Virus record (IMG/VR): IMGVR_UViG_3300010396_000002
Span: 64,001-128,000 of that record
Direction: 5' to 3' (one strand)
DNA length: 64,000 nucleotides
Origin: a virus
Positions 60,065 through 64,000 of this stretch are shown here, piece by piece. Within the stretch, counting starts at the first letter, position 1, and every line of letters starts with the position of its first letter. Below the pieces are notes generated by a model that was given only the letters and a program-made list of their open reading frames with translations, was not told where the DNA came from and searched no databases. The translations under genes and the position numbers were made by a program.

Positions 60065-60781
60065 CGAAGGACGAAGAGCGAACGCTCGACGGGCTGGATG
60101 AGGCCCTGCGGCCCGGCAATTACGACCCGAAGGTCCCTCAGCGTGCACGGGATCTCGCCGAGCGCCTACGCAACCTCCTCGATGGCGACGAGACGCTGGT
60201 CGACCTCGGGACCTGCATCGGGGCCGCGTGCATCCGCGAGCACGGCACCCGGATCGCCACCCGCCGGGGCACAGGACCAGCCTCGATCTACATCCTGTGC
60301 GACGAATGCTTCGACACGCGCCTCGAGGCCGAGGCGAAGCCCCACATGGTCGAGGTCCGCGGCGTCGCATGGATCCGTCACCTCGGGCTTCACACACTGC
60401 ACCATGGGAAGGAGACCGGATGATGCCCACGCTGTTCCGCGTCGTGTCGCGCGATGGAGAGCGCGGGCGCATCGACACCACCAGGCCGCCTCTCCCACAG
60501 GCAACAGCCGAGGCGACGGCCGCCAAGCTCAACGCGGCCTACGAGAAGGACGGGCGCCTCCACTGGGTCATCCCGGTGATCGACGGCCTCAACCGGGCCG
60601 AGGAGGCGCTCTTCGCCGCTCTCCTGGTGAGCCCCGGGGGCTTCTACGTCTCCGGGCAGGACGTGAGCGCTGCCAAGCGACTGGTCCACGCCGAGGTCGC
60701 CAAGCTCGAGGACCACGGCAAGGACCAGCCGGCTCACCAGCGCTGGTGGGCCGAGGCGATCATCAAGAAAGGACGTGCGGC

Positions 60782-61651
60782 ATGAGCGCGATCTACTTCC
60801 ACAGCAGGACGGGCGAGGAGGCGAGGCTCAGTGGCGCCGAGAGGGCTCACCTGCGCCAGGTCGCCATCGGTGCAGCTATCGGCGCGCTCGGGATCGACGA
60901 TCCGTTCCGCGAGCACTGGGTCTACAAGGCGGTCCGTCCGAGGCTGCGCCCAGGCGCGGAGCGCTTCATCGCCACGACACTCGCGGTCGGGCACGACACC
61001 AAGCTGGCCATGCCCGGCCTGCCGGAGGGCAGCGGCGAGTACGCTGCGATCGACGTGCTCCTCAACACCGCCATCGTGCTCGGGTCGCCGGTGGTCCAGC
61101 TCGCCGCGCGCCTGCACGGGTACTGCGAGTCGCACTGCTACGTCGAGGGGGCGGATCGGTACTGGCTCGTCGACATCATCGAGCAGGGCCTCAAGACCAA
61201 TGTGCTGCGCTCCAAGCTCCTGGGCAACGGCCTCGGCTGGGAGGACGTCGTGCGCCTGCTCTGCGCTCCGGAGTCGCAGGACCCGGTCAGCGAGATCGTC
61301 TGCTCGTTCAGCGTGTGCGACAGCTTCCCGAACAAGCCCGACGCGTGGGACCAGGATACTTGGTACGACCTCTCCAAGGACGAGCAGTGGTCCATCGCGC
61401 TCCCCGGTATCCGCCAGAAACCGTGGCTCCGGATCTCCCCCGAGACGCTCGGCAAGCCCTGCTTCGGGTCCACCCTCACGCTGTTCGACTTCGACGCGGC
61501 CTGGTCCGGGCCGAAGCCGGAGGTCGGCGTCTACCTGTCCACCAAGCCGGCACAGAAGCACGTCTGTACGAAGTGCGGTGGCATCGGCGCCCGCAACCAC
61601 ATCTGCTGCGAGCGGTGCCACGGCACCGGGGAGGAGCCCCATGCCGGGTGA
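60782..61651 (+). CDS. hypothetical protein
   Basis: MSAIYFHS...LAARLHGYCESHCYVEG; ATGA-coupled. Confidence 0.7.
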   Translation: MSAIYFHSRTGEEARLSGAERAHLRQVAIGAAIGALGIDDPFREHWVYKAVRPRLRPGAERFIATTLAVGHDTKLAMPGLPEGSGEYAAIDVLLNTAIVLGSPVVQLAARLHGYCESHCYVEGADRYWLVDIIEQGLKTNVLRSKLLGNGLGWEDVVRLLCAPESQDPVSEIVCSFSVCDSFPNKPDAWDQDTWYDLSKDEQWSIALPGIRQKPWLRISPETLGKPCFGSTLTLFDFDAAWSGPKPEVGVYLSTKPAQKHVCTKCGGIGARNHICCERCHGTGEEPHAG

Positions 61652-61951
61652 CCAGGACCGCCCGTGCCCGAAGTGCGGGGCGTCGAGCGAGTACGTCGCG
61701 CCGGAGACCGTAGACGTCGGGATCGGCGAAATCCCCATCGAGCCTGACTCGTGGACCTGTCCGACGCACGGCAACTGGTGCTGGATGGGGATGGGCGATA
61801 CCGACCTCCGGATGGAGTACCCCGACGGTCCTTCGTCCGAAGGAACCGCCATCCGAGATGCCTTGCGCGCCGCGCTCGCGCCCGCCCGCGAGGCGCACGA
61901 CGGGCACGCGGAGCTGGATCCGACCTGCCCGTTCTGCACGGGAGCGGTGAC

Positions 61952-62296
61952 ATGAACACGCGACCCCGGCCAGTCACCATTCGCGGCAAGGAGTACCCGT
62001 CACAGAGCGAAGCCGCGAGGGCGCTCGGTCTGACACGTGGCGCGATCTGGCACCGCGTCCATCCTTCATGGAACGCGTCCAGGCGCGGAGGTCCGCTCAT
62101 CTTCTTCGCGGGGAGATGGGCCAAGCGCGCCGAGCATGCGCGGAGCGCCCGCATCTCCTACAAGTCGATGAAGAAAATCATCTCTTGGCGCACTTTCCGA
62201 TTCCGTGCCGCCGCTCACTCGACCTTGCACGGCGATGTACCGCTGCGCTTCGATGGGAAGCCGCTTCCTACCAAGCCACCCCGGAGGGACCAGTGA
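61952..62296 (+). CDS. NUMOD1-like DNA-binding protein
   Basis: PVTIRGKEYPSQSEAARALG. Confidence 0.6.
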   Translation: MNTRPRPVTIRGKEYPSQSEAARALGLTRGAIWHRVHPSWNASRRGGPLIFFAGRWAKRAEHARSARISYKSMKKIISWRTFRFRAAAHSTLHGDVPLRFDGKPLPTKPPRRDQ

Positions 62297-63353
62297 TCGT
62301 GCCGCACCAGTGCCCGCTCTGCGGCGGTCCGACATCAACCTCGATCTGCCCCACCTGCGCAATGGATTTGGAGACGCTCGGCGCCGTGCTCCCCGACCCC
62401 GCAGCGACGCCGGAGGAGGTGCGCGCCTGGGCCGTCGCTAACAAGGTGACCGTCTTCCGCTGCAACCCGACGGAGGAGCCGCCCGAACCTCCCCCGCCTC
62501 CGAGGGTTCCTCGCGGCCGTGACGTGGATCTGCTCGTCGCGAAGATGCCGCTCCCAACAAAACCCCCCGGAAGGAAGTGACGCGTGCCCGAGAAAACCGC
62601 TCCCAACTTCGCCGATGTTCGCGCACTACAGCGCGGCGACCAGGTCCGGATGCCATGCGCGCCCGAGGTCTGGCAGACCGTTTACGCAGTTCGGGACCTC
62701 GGCCACAACATCTTCGCCATCGACTTCGGCACCCGTGGCGAGGTTGGCTGCGGTGGCGAGATGCCGCTGGAGATCAGGAAGGCCCATGGCTGAGAAGACC
62801 ATCCCCGAGGTCGTAACCGAGGTACTCACCTACGTGCCGCAGCACCGGGCCACCGACCGCGCCATCGTGCTCGCCGAGATCCTGAACGAGCACGGGGAGC
62901 CGCTGGAACTCGCGCTGCGCGCGCTGCCGGCGGAGGACCAGACCCGGATCGGCCTCGACGACATCGTCGACAGATCGAAGCTCAGCGCCGAGGAGATGCG
63001 CCGGCTCTTCATCGGGGACGCCTTGGCGCACGACCCGCGCAAGCTCCCGTACTAGGAGGCCCTGTGAGATACGGCGTCTGCGACACGAGCCCCACGCACC
63101 CCAACCGCACCGGCGACATCCATGCATGGTGGGATCCACGGGCGGGCCGATGGAAGCGGCGTACGACGCCCGAGCACGTCCGCGCAGGGCTGCCCGGCTG
63201 GGTCCACCCTGCCATCCTCGAAGCGAAGCTGTCGGAGAACCCCGCCGAGTCCGTCGCGAAGTCCATCGCCCAGTACCGGGCCTGGTACCGCTACGCCGAC
63301 ATTGTCAGCATCGAAAGCCAAGCGCGCGCTTTTGACATCCTCCCGAGGTTGCC

Positions 63354-64000
63354 ATGATCCCCGACCTCGCCTCCTACGACTGGGTCGAGATGTCCTCCAG
63401 CGGCGGCAAGGACTCGCTCGCGATGAAGGCTTACGTCTCGGGCCTGCTCCGGGAGCGAGGTCTTCTCGATCGAGGCGTTGTCGTCCATGCGGACCTCGGC
63501 CGCGTCGAATGGCCGGGCACGCCGGCGCTTGTCGAGCGCCAGGCAGCGCACCTCGGCCTCCGCTTCATCAAGGTGAAGCGCCCCCAGGGCGACCTCCTCG
63601 AGCACGTCGAGAAGCTCGGGAAGTGGCCGATGCCGACGCAGCGCTACTGCACCGCCGACCACAAGCGGGGCCAGATCCTGACGGCCTTCACCGCGCTCGC
63701 CGAGGAGGCCCGCGCCGCCGGTGTCGAGCGCGCTGCGCTGGCGGGACACGGATTCAACCGGCCCATCCGGATCCTCAACTGTGTCGGCCTCCGCGCCGAG
63801 GAGAGCCCCGGCCGGAGGCGGCGCCCCGCGCTTGTGCGCGACAAGCGGGCATCGACCCGCCGCAAGGAGGTCGACGTCTGGCTGCCCATCCAGCAGCTCA
63901 CCACCGACGAGGTGTGGAGGCTCTGCCACGCCTCCGGCGCGCCCATCCATCCGGCGTATGCGGCGGGCCTCCCGCGCGCGTCGTGCGTGTTCTGCATCTA
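63354..64000 (+). CDS. PAPS reductase-family (PP-loop) protein, truncated by the window end
   Basis: SSSGGKDS, HADLGRVEW, RYCT, GLRAEES, WLPI, HPAY, SCVFCI. Confidence 0.85.
   Translation, partial: MIPDLASYDWVEMSSSGGKDSLAMKAYVSGLLRERGLLDRGVVVHADLGRVEWPGTPALVERQAAHLGLRFIKVKRPQGDLLEHVEKLGKWPMPTQRYCTADHKRGQILTAFTALAEEARAAGVERAALAGHGFNRPIRILNCVGLRAEESPGRRRRPALVRDKRASTRRKEVDVWLPIQQLTTDEVWRLCHASGAPIHPAYAAGLPRASCVFCI

Larger units (their letters stand above)
1..64000. mobile_element. Segment of a large GC-rich phage/prophage (replication, DNA-modification and accessory regions)
   Basis: Dense short genes with overlapping stop/start codons (ATGA, GTGA); phage-type families (DUF5131, HNH, Mom-like, DnaB/primase/HTH initiator, AAA); no housekeeping operons; no structural genes or integrase in the window. 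Confidence 0.9.

Noticed and set aside
49820-64000. Dnd phosphorothioation or sulfate-assimilation operon
   Set aside because: The PAPS-reductase-like genes are dispersed and no dndA/B/D/E or cys genes accompany them

Overview
A very GC-rich, gene-dense segment of a large phage or prophage. The host is probably a myxobacterium (inference only, from GC content, a sigma54-type promoter and a Gly/Thr-rich secreted protein). No capsid, tail, terminase or integrase gene is visible. The left part holds a leftward small-gene block (100-4545), a rightward block (4625-10906: HNH, DUF5131, MmcB-like) and a leftward replication block (11273-26603: DnaB, DnaG-type primase, an HTH initiator with internal iteron-like repeats, GIY-YIG, J-domain, SLOG and a PHAX-type RNA-binding protein). 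A ~1.3 kb non-coding divergent region (26604-27927) precedes a 36 kb rightward accessory region. That region carries a beta-clamp-like protein, a Topo VI-A/TOPRIM protein, an AAA protein and an unusually large set of DNA-modification genes (amino- and C5-methyltransferases, Mom-like, DpdA/TGT-like, three PP-loop/PAPS-reductase-like). The main discovery is a family of 22 sense-strand intergenic elements of ~50 nt between 27928 and 53012. They differ in sequence but share one geometry: stop codon, GCGC(A/G), N2, 6-bp stem, inner stem-loop, a single bulged G, the stem partner, 5-7 nt, CGT, then Shine-Dalgarno and ATG. They divide the region into gene cassettes. Seven 1-2 nt frameshifts in otherwise intact genes suggest assembly indel errors.
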